Shown: positions 1 through 13,091, counted from the first letter of the whole stretch. The stretch is 61,825 bases of DNA, filler included, from Sphacelaria rigidula (GCA_964200075.2; 4 parts of 4 records of this genome joined end to end with filler, not necessarily neighbours in it); one strand, 5' to 3'. Numbers and translations are program-made. The notes: generated by a model from the sequence alone, not told the origin.

Positions 1-273
1 CCAGTACTGCATACATCATGCAAAACACAGGCTTACTTTCACGTGCAGGAGAGGTGCTCTTGACTTGCTTGCAAGCGAGGTGTCTCCAAGTGGTGGCTGA
101 TAGCGCTGTTATTAAGCTTGGCTAGGTAGCTAAACACGAGTGACCAGCCTGGGGCGATACTGCAAAACCAGACTGGAATATAACCTGACTAACGTACGGC
201 TGGAATACGACCTATCGCCCATATCACGAACATCGAGAACGCTTTCTATATAAGCGACTGATATCCGCCGTCA
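1..273 (-). repeat. 3' LTR (truncated at window start) of a Ty3/gypsy-derived element
   Basis: Direct repeat of 7133-7405 with one visible mismatch (position 5). Begins TGACGGCGG on the minus strand, immediately preceded by the polypurine tract GCAAGAGAGGGGGTA (274-288). Confidence 0.9.
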
Positions 274-2349
274 TACCCCCTCTCTTGCTTTGTGTACGCT
301 GTAATGCAAAGTAGGGAATGTCACCACTTATTTCATACCAAAGAAGATCCACTCAAATACATGCCATCAGCCTTAAATCGACGAGAAAACCGCGGAAGTT
401 CAGGGCTAGCGATGACCACGGGAAAAACTCGTCATGAAATAAAAAGATGGACCAAACCTGGTATTCAGGGAAAAGGCCTCACCGTTTGAGGAAAAAATCT
501 CTCACGACCTTTCGGATCATAGCGAGTGCTTTCGCATGTTCTATGTTGTCCCGGGATCCCAGTTACACTGGAAACACAAACCACTGAGAATAGTAAAAAA
601 CTATCCTCAGGTGGTAACGGCGCTTAGACACCCGTGATCGATTAGACCGATCCTGGGTAGTGTGGGATTCGCCAAAAGCGGACCCACTAAAAAACCCTCA
701 AGAAAGCGCTTACTGGTTGATGGGAGTGCGTAGGCTTTTCTCTCCCCGACCAGCAGCAACTGACCTACTGGACACCGGGGGACTCCTAAATCTTAGATCA
801 ACAATTCCGTCATAGTACAGTGTCCAAGCAGGTACTCGGTGCCCACCCTTTTTGTACAATGCTTACTCCACGATATGAATTGCTCTTCTCGAAAGGGGTG
901 GAGCACCCTAAAATCGGAACAACGTTCTCCGAGGACGAAGAAACGTGATGAACGAACCGATGAAACAAAGGGTGGGATCAGGTCTGACAAAACCAAGAAA
1001 TAAATTATCTTCATGGAATGCAAGACCGGGAAATAAAAACAAAGAGCGGAGCAAGATCAACCCCGCGAAAAGGTGGAGAGGAAAAGAGAAACCGAAAAAT
1101 AGTGCTGGAGGAACGAACTAGGCCCACAGCAAAGGAGAAGGGGAGAAAGGAAACTGAAACATGAAGGAAAACTAGGAAGGACATACCACGTCCCTAGTAC
1201 AAAAAAAGAATTAATGAAACATTAAAACACATCAAAAATAAAAATAGAAGGACTGACACGAGAAAGAGGATCAGGTCCCATGAAATCAAGATAAACCAAA
1301 ACGGTTGAGGGAAAAAGAACTAATGGAATCCAGACTAGAAAACCGAACAGAGAAAACAAAATGAGGGCCTAAGGAAGAAGTTCTGATCCGAAAAAACGAG
1401 GCAAACATATCGAGAAGGCGCCCCCGCCCCCCCAAATCAAGATCCAACGTTATGAGGTGAGAAAATACAGCCGGGAACGATACAACGTATGCAACCCAGC
1501 TCATGATCAACGGGAAAACACGAAATAAAACAGACCCGAAGAGAGTAGAAAAAAGTAAATACTGAACAGCTGTTCCGATGAAAAAAAAAGAAACAGTACT
1601 GAACCACTGCTCATTAATATATGTAAAAAATACAAATACAAATACAAAGCGCTGCTCGCTCTTGTAATGCATCACGAAACGGTCTCTTGCTTTCCTTCGT
1701 CAATATTAATGCTTTTCTCTGCTTCACTCGCTCAATGCCATTGGCTCGCTCGTCTGGGCCACTTGCTGGAGCTCTTCACTTGAAGACTCCACGCAGTCTT
1801 CGTCGTCTCATCACTCTTTCGAAGCGTTCACCGTCGTCGAACACTTGTCCTTTTTGCTGAGCTTCGCCAAAATCCTCTCGGAATGCGAAACCTATGAGGA
1901 ATAAGTTCAGAACATCACTGCGCGACAGAGGGACATGGCGTGCTCGGGCGGGATGGTATACTTGATGCCTTGGCTGGGTGGTGCAGATGCCAAAGGGCGT
2001 GGAACCCGTCCACTCGGGAAGCATCAGGCTTTCCAGGACTCTGACCCGTCAGCGGTTGAATATCTCAGGTGGGGCAGATAAGGGTATTTGGTTCGACCTA
2101 TGGCGGACTATCTTGCGCGTACGTATTTTGTGTCCTTGCATCACCACCTCCAGACCGCGTGCCGTCATCTATCCTTGCCAACTTTCCATGTCCCGTGTAC
2201 TAGTGCTGCAGTTTCCTGCCGTTGTCATCCCGACATTGAGATGTCACCTTCCGGATCCATCACCAGTCTTACCTCGCATAGGTGCTATTCGCGCTGTTAT
2301 ACGAAAGGGTCCAGTTGTATACTCGGTTCCGCTTCTTGTGATATAAGTG

Positions 2350-3000
2350 AAAGTCAGCGTAGATATATGTGTGGTTTTGCGTTGACACGTCAACTCCGGG
2401 AGGGGAGCAGCGTGTCATGCAATGTGCGCTTGGTTCAAGGTGCCAATGAGACATGTTCACCCCACATGACTTGCAAAGTTCTGACCACGTATCCAGTGGC
2501 CATCCTCCAGGTCTCACGACTGCGTCCTTACCGCGTGGGAGATCTGACGCTTCGGAAAGCGATGCCTTCTTTTAGTCACCTGCCCAAATGGGTGACCGCC
2601 TCCACGCTAAACGCTTCGCCTCTGTTCCGCGAAGTTTTTGAGGGGCACCGGAAGTTAGGCACATTCTGCAGGGGCACTGACTACCCCGTTGACTTGTTTT
2701 GATGGCTGTGGAAAATCAATTGGGGATCGAGAAGCGAGGTCAAGTGCCTGCAGATGTATGTGAGTGCAACATTATCACAATTGTTGGCAAGTTGATCACC
2801 TCGTCCCATGGGTCTACCGCACGCCCCTACCTGATGGCCGTTTGGCGACTGCTTGACTTCTTGGGCCTCCTGCAACGGCATGACAGCACATCTTGCCTGA
2901 TATCTTTCGTTCTAGTTGACGAAAGGGAGCAGTCACGCATCGTGGAAAGGGTGGCGCCCACTGCTAAATTTTCGAGTGCCAATCATTATTTTTGGAACCG
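2350..3000 (-). pseudogene. Degenerate gypsy integrase (zinc-binding region and core)
   Basis: Frameshifted minus-strand peptides VGATLSTMRD..KDIRQDVLSCRCRRPKKSSSRQ..DPWDEV, RGEAFSVEAVTHL and GGWPLDTWSELCKS resemble Ty3/gypsy integrase. Multiple stops and shifts. Confidence 0.7.
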
Positions 3001-3098
3001 CCGGCAGCTTCTCAGCAACGACTCCCAGGCATCGCTTTTATTTCGTTCTCAGATCGCTTCTCACCTACCGTTTCGGCCATCGTTTTCCCCTCAGGTCC

Positions 3099-4406
3099 AA
3101 CGGTTTTGTGGGGATTTTAGAAGCAGTAGAAGGACTGCAAAAGCAGATAGACAAGGCGCAAGAATACACTAGGCAATGGAGAGTGACAGCGAACAGCAAA
3201 TGAAAGTGATGGCGAATGTGAAAATACGCGTGATACTCCTCTGTAACGAGGATGAGAAAAACCCACTGGAGTTCAGGTGGAAGTGGGGAGGAGAGGAACT
3301 GTCGATTCTAGGCCAATATACATACCTTGGCGTAGAGATCTCGAAACATTGTTCTTGGAATGCACAAATAAACAAGGTAATACAAAAGGGTAAGGCACAG
3401 ATAGGAAGGATGAACGTGATACTCAGAGACCCGCACCCAGACACCAAGATCGAGAGATGTATCCTGATGAACTTGATCGTACCACTGCTGGAGAATGCAG
3501 GAGAAGTATGGGAGTGGAACGTGAAATTGGTGAAGAAGTTAGAAGCAGTGCAGATAGCAGTGACTACGAAAATACTTGGATGCTCGAAAACGACGAGTAA
3601 TACAGTTTTGGGAGCAGAGTTGGAAATGTACTCACTTAAAACGAACAGAAGGCATGAGGGAACTCAGATGACAACATCGCTTAAACGTGCAGAGAAAGAT
3701 ACTGCCAGCTGTCGTTGATACGGCTGTATGGAAGAAAAGTACGAAAGGGGATACCATAAGGTGGGATAGAGAAGTCGAGAAAGTATGGAAGGAGATAAGA
3801 GGGAACCAAGTCGAAATACTGTTCCTAGATGCAGGCGCGGGGTACAAGACAAAAGTGAGCAACATGATAAAAATAAGGGAGAAAAAAGGAGCGCTCAGAC
3901 GTAAGGTAGACGAGAAAGGACACCTGGAGATAACCGGGGAGTTGAGAGAGGGGATCGGAATGAAAACGTATCTACATGACCCCGTGGACGCGGCGAAACA
4001 AATTGAAACTGCGGTTTCGGGTCAAGACCTGCACCTGCCGGAACGAAAAGAGGTATACTAGTAGTCGGAAAAAGGAGGAAGTAAATGGACAGAACTGCCG
4101 CTGTGGCAAAGCAATAGAGAGAAGGAGTCATAAAGTGGCACAATGTGAACTATGCAAGGTGGAACGGGACGTGCTAGAAGGGGAAATACGGGACGTGAAC
4201 GAAGGTGGCATGAAATCGTCTGATGTGTTAGATATGTAAAAGGTTTTTGCGCAATGTGTGAAAGGAACGTAATGAGTTATGGAAGGAGCGTAATGCGCGC
4301 CGGAATGTTGAAGGTGTCTCTATTAGGAGTAGGAGCGGTGCTCCGTCTCGAAAGGGATGCGTGGTTAGTGGTCGAACGATTAAGGCGATCAACGAGTGAG
4401 TACGCC
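3099..4406 (+). mobile_element. 5'-truncated LINE fragment (C-terminal part of RT ORF), decayed
   Basis: GFVGILEAVEGLQKQIDKAQEYTRQWRVTAN, YTYLGVEISKHCSWNAQINKVIQKG, LENAGEVWEWN and KLKLRFRV are non-LTR RT/thumb motifs across shifted frames. Flanked by the 12-bp direct repeat CCCCTCAGGTCC (3087-3098, 4407-4418). Confidence 0.85.
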
Positions 4407-5632
4407 CCCCTCAGGTCCGATTGCACCCGTTTTCCCAAAGGGTCTCCTTGGAGATCAGATTGGATGCGTTGGTAAGGGTCTACAGAGCACGATCATTCGC
4501 CACTGTGTCCAGTTCGAGGTCTGTCAAATGAAGTAGGCGTTCCCCCCCCTGCGGAGAGCACTTCGCCTACCTTCGTTCCTTCGTGAACTGTGCGGAATGA
4601 CCAGTACTCACACCTGTTACGGAACCTTGATCGGTGCTGTTCGGGCGGTCTCCGGTCGACCACTTGGGGAACTACGTGACGCTACTCGACAAAAAAAGTG
4701 GCGTTGATTTACTGCGACTGGAGTACAGTACTCTCAAACAAGGGTTATTTGTAGCTCACCGTTGATGGTGGCCAGAACCTGCTTCGGGGCCGTGGAGAAC
4801 AGCCCAGTGTCCAGAGAGCCCAGCAGAACGCCTACCAGCTCCCGTTTCTCCGATTCACCCACCTGTCAACCTTACGCTAAAACCTTCCCGATATATGGTT
4901 ACACCCTCTTCTCAGATGTCTAGCAAACCACCCCTGGCTACGATTGTTGGAGCCGCTGTCGATGCCCGATCTCACCCGTTATCCCGAGTTGGCTTTCGTT
5001 GCGCTTAGCGGTCGTCCCTGGAGTTTGCCATCGCGTGTTTCTCAAGATAGATATGCCTGGGGTATACTTTTGTGCGTCAGGAATTTGCTCTAGCGAAATA
5101 CTTGCCATAACAACACCATGGATGGGCGGGGCTGTAGCTTGCAACATGGAAGTAGCAAAAACAAATAGCGAAGATGGCTATAGAGTAAAATTGCCACGGG
5201 GAGTAGAGAGAATAAAACTGAAAATGTAAAAAGAGAGGAGAAAAACGGCAGAAAATCAAGGGGCACCATACGGCAGACAGGGGGGCAAAAGGGAAAAAAC
5301 CCCGAGTCGGTGAAAGGAGAGAATGACGCAAATAGTGCATCGTGGGCTACTACTGCTAAATGCGGACGATGAGGGAAAGGGATTACTAGTATAAAACAGT
5401 GTGGTCGCGAAAGAGAAAAAAAATCAACAGCAAGAAAAATACCAGCGGGAGAGGGAATTGACATGGTATGATGCGATACCAACGACCATGGTATGACTCG
5501 CGGCATTGCGCAGGCACGTTCGGGGCGACAGGAGCGAGCAAAATTGAACAGCAAAAGCGGCAGGGGCGGACGGGGGGGCGTAGTATTAGTGCGTGCTCTT
5601 CCGATGTTCGTGTGCAATGCCGAAACCTAATA

Positions 5633-5713
5633 TGGATAAAAATAGGATAAAATAGGATAAAATAGGATAAAATAGGATAAAATAGGATAAAATAGGATAA
5701 AATAGAATAAAAT
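5633..5713. repeat. 10-bp minisatellite (AATAGGATAA)n, about 8 units
   Basis: Read directly from the sequence. Confidence 0.95.
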
Positions 5714-6984
5714 GTGGGTCACTGTAAAGGGGAAGAGTCGAACGCAACGCTACAGTAGAAAAAGGGTGGACGAAACAATATGATCGAGGCGTGAGCCCTG
5801 CACATAATATCTTATACAATCGATGTGTCTACTGATGCCGAGCAACGGCACTGGTTGCCCTAAGTTTGCCGACGTGAAGAAACCCATGAAGTGACGGCCC
5901 TCTGAAGTGTAGTGACGATAGGTTGCCCCATGTAGTGACGATCAGTTGCACAATGAAGTGACGATATGATGTGTCGAAAGGTAGGCCGATGAGAAGATCC
6001 CAATGTAGTGTAGACACAATGACAATGCAGTGACGACATGTTGTGGCGTGGAGCGGAAGCGAATCCATACGACTTGACCCGCGCAATGACTTTTCACAAT
6101 GCCGCACATCAATCAATCATACAAGGGGCCATTCGTCATTTGCCGGGCGTTGAACATGTTTCGCCCCCAGGATGACTCCAGCATAGATGTCCCGTATGTT
6201 GGTCAGAAATTCATTCGGACTCACACAGAATAATCCGAACAACTGCTCGAGCAGTCCTGTTTGGTACAAAGTTGCAGACAGTGCAGACACGCTGCCACAG
6301 CACAAAGTACAGTGCAAACACCATGCGATCACGTACCTGGCTAATATGGGTAGGTACCTGGGCACCAGATCTAACAGGGGCTGTTTTCTGTCACAGTCCA
6401 CACCTGACTGATGAACGTGGGTTACCGTCTCGCAATCCCTCCAGGTGCACAGCACCAACAACCGCCGCCCATGTGTACTTTGCGCACGCGTGTTCGCCGG
6501 TTTCCGTCTGGGGACACTTCACTCTCTAGTAGTGGATCGACAGTACTTACCTCCTGCCTACGAAGCACAACGTACACAGCGTGCTCGCTGTGACTATGGG
6601 ACACATTGATCGTACGTGCGGTACTGTAAGATCCCGACCGGGAATTTTAGATATATTTTTTTGAATAAAAAAGACAGTGCTCGTACACGGAAGCAGGCGC
6701 ATCGTGAAATGAATCACAGGACGCACCTGTACTACCGTGTTGGCATGGAAGGTGGCAATCATACGCTGCAGCCAGGTGTCCCAGCTCCGTTCTGCCCAGC
6801 TGATGGTCGCTTCGAGTAACCAACAAGCATATAAGATTCTGGCACCTAAACACGTGATCGTTGCTCAGAAGACCCCACGCTAAATAGAAAGCACGATTGA
6901 TGCAAAACACCGTATGTAGACACAACGCGAGACAGTGCAGCTCTACAGCGATGCGGCTATGCAGTGCTGCTTATCTTCTCGGTT

Positions 6985-6992
6985 GGTCACCA
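6985..6992 (-). promoter_or_regulatory. Primer-binding site, tRNA-Trp-like (TGGTGACC)
   Basis: Directly follows the LTR end ..CCACGACA on the minus strand. Complementary to a tRNA 3' end ..GGUCACCA, as in tRNA-Trp. Confidence 0.65.
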
Positions 6993-7405
6993 TGTCGTGG
7001 TCGAGTCTCAGGGTGGCGTATCAAGCTCGTGGGACATAGGCTGGGGGTGGTGAAACACCAGCAGCCACCGTAACCGTTACTGCAGGCAAGCAATTGTGCT
7101 GCACCAGAGACTCACCGAAGAGTTCGGTTCAACCAGCACTGCATACATCATGCAAAACACAGGCTTACTTTCACGTGCAGGAGAGGTGCTCTTGACTTGC
7201 TTGCAAGCGAGGTGTCTCCAAGTGGTGGCTGATAGCGCTGTTATTAAGCTTGGCTAGGTAGCTAAACACGAGTGACCAGCCTGGGGCGATACTGCAAAAC
7301 CAGACTGGAATATAACCTGACTAACGTACGGCTGGAATACGACCTATCGCCCATATCACGAACATCGAGAACGCTTTCTATATAAGCGACTGATATCCGC
7401 CGTCA
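6993..7405 (-). repeat. 5' LTR (413 bp) of the gypsy-derived element
   Basis: TG...CA termini (TGACGG..CCACGACA on minus), adjacent PBS, matches 1-273. Confidence 0.85.
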
Positions 7406-10400
7406 CAGTAGCGTGTCACGTGAGCGAGATACATCACACTGCCCATAATGGCCTCGAAACGCTTTTTGTTCTCCTCGTTCAAAGCTTTCTCCCTCGGCTG
7501 GTCCAGTGACAGTTCTTGTCCCACACCAGGGGTGTATGCTGGGTTGCAATTCGCCATCCCGTATCGTTTCAGAAGGGACTTGGTGTAACTTTTAAGGCTG
7601 ATGGTGACTGTCGTCCTAACGCGATCACGAACAACCTCCATTCCCAGCACTAGCGATACATCTCCCATGTCCGTCATCGAGAAACGTCCCATCAGTTTAT
7701 GCTTGATCCTTCCCAGCACTTTGACATCTTTACCACACAGTAGGACGTCATCAACGTATAAAGTCAAAATGTAGACGTTGCCGCTCTCTTGGTTTATGTA
7801 CGCGCAAGGGTCCGACTAAAGGCTCTTGAATCCAATCTCCGCCAGGTGTGTGTCGTCCGTTCCCCACCAGCAGTTTGGACTTTGACGGAGGCCATATAGA
7901 CTTTTGTGGAGCCGCATTACCATCGGAGTTCCATTGGCGTCAAACTCCTCGTATCCTAGCGCCATTTTGACGTAAACTTCTTGAGTTCGGCGTTCAGAAA
8001 GGCGGTATTATAGTCCAATTACCAACACTCCAAGTCATACTCCGCCGCTACAGCGAATACCATGCAGATGCTTTGGATCCTGCAGACCGGTGCGAAAGTG
8101 CTGCCACAGTCGACGCCAGGGACTTGTCCCCAACCCTGCACGACGACTCGGGCCTTGTGCGAGAAATCCGCTTTCTTCTTGTACACCCATCGGGACCCGA
8201 GTAACCTGCGTCCAGTTGGGACGGAGCTTGACGCACTAGAGTATACACGTTGTTCTTTCTTAGGCTATCAATCTCCTTATCTGATGCCGCCTTCCATTGT
8301 TCCTTTTCGGGGAGACTCATGGTCTCATTGAACGTGGTTGGGATTCTTTCGGTTTTCTCCCCCACCGGACAACTCGGGAGGTTGGTAGTTGTGTAGGCAT
8401 ACTCCACGACTGATCCCTCCCCAAACGTCTGGTGCTCGACATCTGGTAGGAGCGTGTTGGTGTGTGTTTACAGTCGCCGTAGCTCGGAGAGCATTTTGTC
8501 GTCCACAGTGGCTGAAAGGTGCTGCGCCGTCGTTATTGGTGTTGCGTTCCCTGAAGGAGCGCGCTGCAATGCTTGCGCGCGTCACGGCGGGAGTTACTTG
8601 ATGGCGAGAGTGTCGAGAGCGGTTGAGCAGTGATGATTCGGCTGATGATGTGGACTGGCTAACTTCGTCCCGAGAAGGGTGTGCAGTTCGTTCCAGCGGC
8701 GCACGGCTCTCCGGTGATGCTGTTGGCGACGTCTCTTCACGAGGTGTGTCATCGTCGTGCAGCATGTCCCGCTTGGTGATGGCGCTGATTCTCCCCAGAA
8801 GCTCGTCCACCTGTGGATCGTTAGAGATCCCGCTGGCAGTGATATGATCAGCGGAGGCGTGAGCCGGTTGAGCTAGTACGGAGGTGTGATCGCGAAGATC
8901 ACGGAAGAAGTCGTCGTCGGTGACGTAATTGTGGCCCTTTTCTGTTGCTGGAGTCCTGGTCACCAAGTGAAAATAGGTGTATCCGAAGTTGTGGCTCTCC
9001 CGTCGGGGTAAGGTGTGTCGGAGTCTCGATGAAGCCGACGTTCCTGCCCACAATGATACGTCGCGTGGCTGGGTTGTAGACTCGGTAGCTCTTACTGTCA
9101 TTACTGTACCCAAATAGTCGTCCTTCAACTGCTTTGAGAACAAGTTTCGAAGCATGCCGCTCGATATGTACGAACGTCCTGGCTCCGACGACTCGAAGGT
9201 GTTTGAGATCCGGTTCTGTTCCCTTCAGCATCTTATGAGGCGACTGCATGTCAAGCGCCGAATGCGGTGATCTGTTTACAAGATAGGCCGCTGTGAACAT
9301 CAATTCCCCCCAGAGAAAAATCGGTAAACCACTGTCAGCAAGCATACACCGGACCATGGCTGCAAACATCCTTCCTACGCGTTCTGCCAGGCCGATTTGT
9401 TGTGAGGTATTGGTGCTTGCAAACTCTAGCAATATGCCTGTCTGTCGGCAGTACGACTTGAACTCGCTGTCAATGAACTCACCGCCTTTGTCTGCCCGTA
9501 GTCGTTCGACCCGAACAACGCCAGGGATGGCAATTGACTGTACGTAGGACTGAATGCATGAAGAGTGCCGTCCTTGGTTTTTTGGAGGTAAATATCTGTC
9601 CATCTGGTATACTCATCGGAGATCTTGCAGACGTACTTGTAGTCTCCCAGCGCCTCTGGCATGATCGGTCCCATCAAATCTGTCATGACTAGTTGAAAAT
9701 CGCGTTGCACGTTGTTGTTGGCTGTCTTCGGGTGGGCCAGTTGATGACTTTTCCCAACAGCACAAACATCACAGTCCGGAACGGCTGCACCGAAATCCAC
9801 CCCTTTGCTTCCGACGCTTTGAGAAGATTCAAACTATTCCTGTTCAAGTGTGGCATCCTCCGATGCCACAGAGTGGCGGCGTCTGCAGCTTGCATAGCCA
9901 GTCCAGATGCGTCGTTGCCGCTACTTGGTTCCAGAGAGAAGAAATACAGGTCGCTCTCCAGTTCCTGGAGCGGAACGGTGAAGTTGTTTGTCTCGAGTCT
10001 TGGGTTGTTCATTTCGAAAATAGAGACGACTCCATTGCGTGTCGCTTGTTTGACGGAGAACAAGTTCCGTCCCACGCTAGGCACGACCAAACACAAAATC
10101 TGAACCAGGAGTTTGACCCCTTCGCCGTCTTGGATGTGTCCGCGGAGCAGTCCTTTACCAACCCCTGCTAGTTGATGCCCCCCTGCGGTGGTGATCGTAC
10201 GCGGGATCGCCAGTTCTTGGTAGTTGTGGAGTTTATACCGTAGCCCCGGGATGAGGGTATCGTCGAAGTAATGTCCCGACGCACCACTGTCTACCATTAC
10301 ATTGACATGGCTATTGCTATCCTCAGTCCACTTGTCAAGAGCGGGTCCTGCCGCGAGAGCCATCCCATCATCAGCATGGGTGATTCCGCCAAACGTTTCA

Positions 10401-11951
10401 GCGGTGTCGTCGAGGTTCGACGTGGCCCGGGGGTATGATGAGTTCCCGAACACCAACCAGATGTAGTGGACTACGGCTATTACGGCCAACGCGCGCACTA
10501 GTGGGAAAAGTGTCTCCCTGATTCCCCGCAGTAGGTTGGGAGCTCTGCGCCAGAACCCCGGACCCCCGGTCCCCTCTCCGTCGTCCCCTTCGAAGGCGCA
10601 AAAGAGGCCGCTGCTGTCAAAAGAAGCAACGGGTTTGTTCGTTGGAGCGAAAAGCCAAATGTTATCCGCTTGGGGATGGTTCGCTTTGGGCGCTTCTAGA
10701 GCATTAAAGGAGATGGCGGGAGGGTGCTCCCTTGTATCGGTGGCTGGTGGATGCCCTGGCTATTGTACGAAAGGCTGTCTGCTGGTTGCGCTGTTGCAAG
10801 GAACGACACTCTTCTTCGCTGTGGGTTGTTGGCCTGTAAAAAGAGCACCACTTGCCTACATTCCCATTGTGCAGCACAGCCGCATGAAGGGGAAGCAGGT
10901 GGCACTGGCGCAAGCACAACAATTGTTTGCACAAGAGCGGGAAACCGTGCAAGGGAATGTTGACCCGATGTGAATGATGATGCCGTGATGAACCCTATTG
11001 TCTGCAAATGATTGCCTGGCGAGTCTAGCTATAAGCTTCACGCGCATGAGTGCATGCTGCCAACATAATAACACCCGCAGCCAAATGACCCATGAACTAC
11101 TCGTTTGACGATTGTTTCCCCCGTCCTGGCCGTCTCCCCCTGTCAGTGCTCGGGTCGCACTTCGGGCGGGGCAATTTCTCCCAACGTGACCTTATTTTCC
11201 GCAGTGGTAGCATGTTACTTGATTTCTTTTACTGCCATCATTCCGTCCACTAGCCTGCATTTCAACCCCGCGGCCTGCGACCGAGTTGGTTGCGTCCGGT
11301 CGTGAAAGGTAGTCAGCATACATGGTGCTGACCATGTATATGAGGTCCGACAAATTAAAACCGCGCCTCTCACAGCTAGCAATGCGGACCCTATCGTACT
11401 CGGCAGGTAAGGCTCGAAGGACAATGTCCTCATATCGTTCGTCAAGCACGATTGCCCCATTTTCTCCAGGCGGTCACGGTAGCCATCCATGACAAACAAA
11501 AAATCTTCGGGATCATCCTTGACTGCATCGTCGTATGGTGGAGTTTATCATGGAATTCCCTGCCTGCCTCGTTTGTGTTGCCGTCATGTTTTTCTTGCAG
11601 CGCTGGCCACGCTGCTTGGCCATTACCAACCCCGTCCTCCTGGGTTTTCCCCAGAAAATGTCTCACGGTATTGTTCGCTGATTGTTTGGTGGTGAAAAAT
11701 AAGATGCTGGGCAGGTCATTGTTTGCGCGATTCCAAGCCAGTGAAGCTGCCGTATCACGGGTTGACGGTTCATCACCAATTACGGTGCGTGCGGGTCTCT
11801 GCCGCCCCTGCAGAATTTCTGCGGCCGCATTATGGTAGAGGGAGAGGATCACCCGTAGTTTGTCTTGGAACTCTCGGAAACTAGCCTTGTCTCTGCCATC
11901 AAATTTTGTACATAACTTAAGTACTGCACGAGTACTCTCATTGTCCGCCAT
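7406..11951 (-). pseudogene. Copia gag-pol polyprotein, frameshifted
   Basis: gag MADNESTRAVLK.., zinc knuckle CYHCGK, protease VMVDSGASGH, LWHRRMPHLN..CDVCAVGKS, integrase TDLMGP/LRADKGGEF/QIGLAER, RT LYVDDVLL..MTDMGDVSLVLGM..GSVMYLAHVTRY, cut at 7405. Confidence 0.92.
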
Positions 11952-12611
11952 GATAATCCTCCTCGTCGCTTTGCTCCCACGTAACGAGTATAGTATGACG
12001 TGTTCCGATACCACCACACAACGCCGCTTGACTTGTCGAGGGAGGTCGCGAAAAAAAAGAACGCAGATGGATCGAACCGAGATATGTTCCCCACAACGAT
12101 TACCCCCACAACGCCGCTTAGCTTGGGCAGCTTGATTGGTGTGGATAGAAAGTCAGTGTTCAAGGTGTTACAAATACTGCGCACGGTTGTGCACTTCTGT
12201 AGTAAGCGCGGAAAAACTTCTTTCCGAAAAAGGATCCGACTACTGACTGTTACTGTTTTCGCAGGTCAGCCGTGGTGCTGCGCACGCTGTTGTCGTCTCC
12301 TCAAAGAATAAATCACACGCCCTACTCGGTTCAGGTTGTGGTACCCCGCTGAAGCGCCAGTCTAGAGTAGATGCGTGTCGTCACAGTTGCAGAGCTACTC
12401 CTGTTCACCTCCGGTTGTCCCGCTTTTAAAAAATTATCACTTCGTACCGCAGCGATATCTCCGTACTGCGATGATGCCAGGTGCGCACAAAGTAAGTGCC
12501 GTCCTTAATCGTAACGCAACGCACTGTTGTAGTGCCAGACACACATAGTGCCGTCTTCCTTTGACTCAACTCACGTTGTTTTCTAGCAAAGATCTGTCCT
12601 TTTGCGGCTGC

Positions 12612-12649
12612 CCTTCCTTCCTTCCTTCCTTCCTTCCTTCCTTCCTTCC
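12612..12649. repeat. (TTCC)n microsatellite
   Basis: Read directly from the sequence. Confidence 0.9.
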
Positions 12650-12700
12650 AAGGTCCAACGTCCGCTCCGTCAGCACCAACACGAATCGAGGCTTATAACC

Positions 12701-13043
12701 TGTCGGAGGATTCACTCGGAACCCCTTTGTCGTGGTCGCTAGAGTTGGCGCAATGGCGGTTAAGCCAAGCAAGCAGACAGGCTGCTTTGGAGTGTAGACA
12801 GAAGATAGTGTTCAAGGTGCCGCTTGTGGGCAAGACAGTACAAACAACCCACCGGGGGTATACGGCCAACGAGAAGAGTACTTCATGTATAACAGCTGCT
12901 ATCCCACATAATACGCCCCCACATCAGACCAAACCTTCGTGACCGGTACCTGCGATCCCAACACTACATATATATATATATATATAAAGTCAATACCATA
13001 CGAAGCATTGAAGAGCATGACTCCACAGCCTCGTTTTCTAACA
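12701..13043 (-). repeat. Copia 5' LTR (~343 bp)
   Basis: TGTTAGAA...TCCGACA on minus, internal (TA)n at ~12968-12987, followed by GGTTATAAGCC (12700-12690), like the GGTTATGGGCC internal tRNA-iMet PBS of copia-type elements. The partner LTR is outside the window. Confidence 0.7.
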
Positions 13044-13091
13044 TGATGAACACGGGGTGTCACAAATTGGGGATGCATTTTTTTAATTGAG

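Larger units (their letters stand above)
1..7405 (-). mobile_element. Non-autonomous Ty3/gypsy LTR retrotransposon (decayed gag and integrase, no recognisable RT/RNase H), inserted in a copia RT
   Basis: Paired LTRs, PPT at 274-288, PBS TGGTGACC at 6992-6985. Decayed minus-strand integrase ~2350-3000 (..DIRQDVLSCRCRRPKK.., GGWPLDTWSELCKS). Possible gag remnant ~4500-5130. Confidence 0.8.
7406..13043 (-). mobile_element. Ty1/copia LTR retrotransposon, decayed, 3' part displaced by the nested insertion
   Basis: Copia domain order gag-PR-IN-RT on minus, with 5' LTR 12701-13043 and adjacent PBS. Confidence 0.92.

Noticed and set aside
8325..9155. 276-aa ORF as a separate cargo gene
   Set aside because: It lies in the integrase-RT linker of the copia pol and is a frameshifted part of it.
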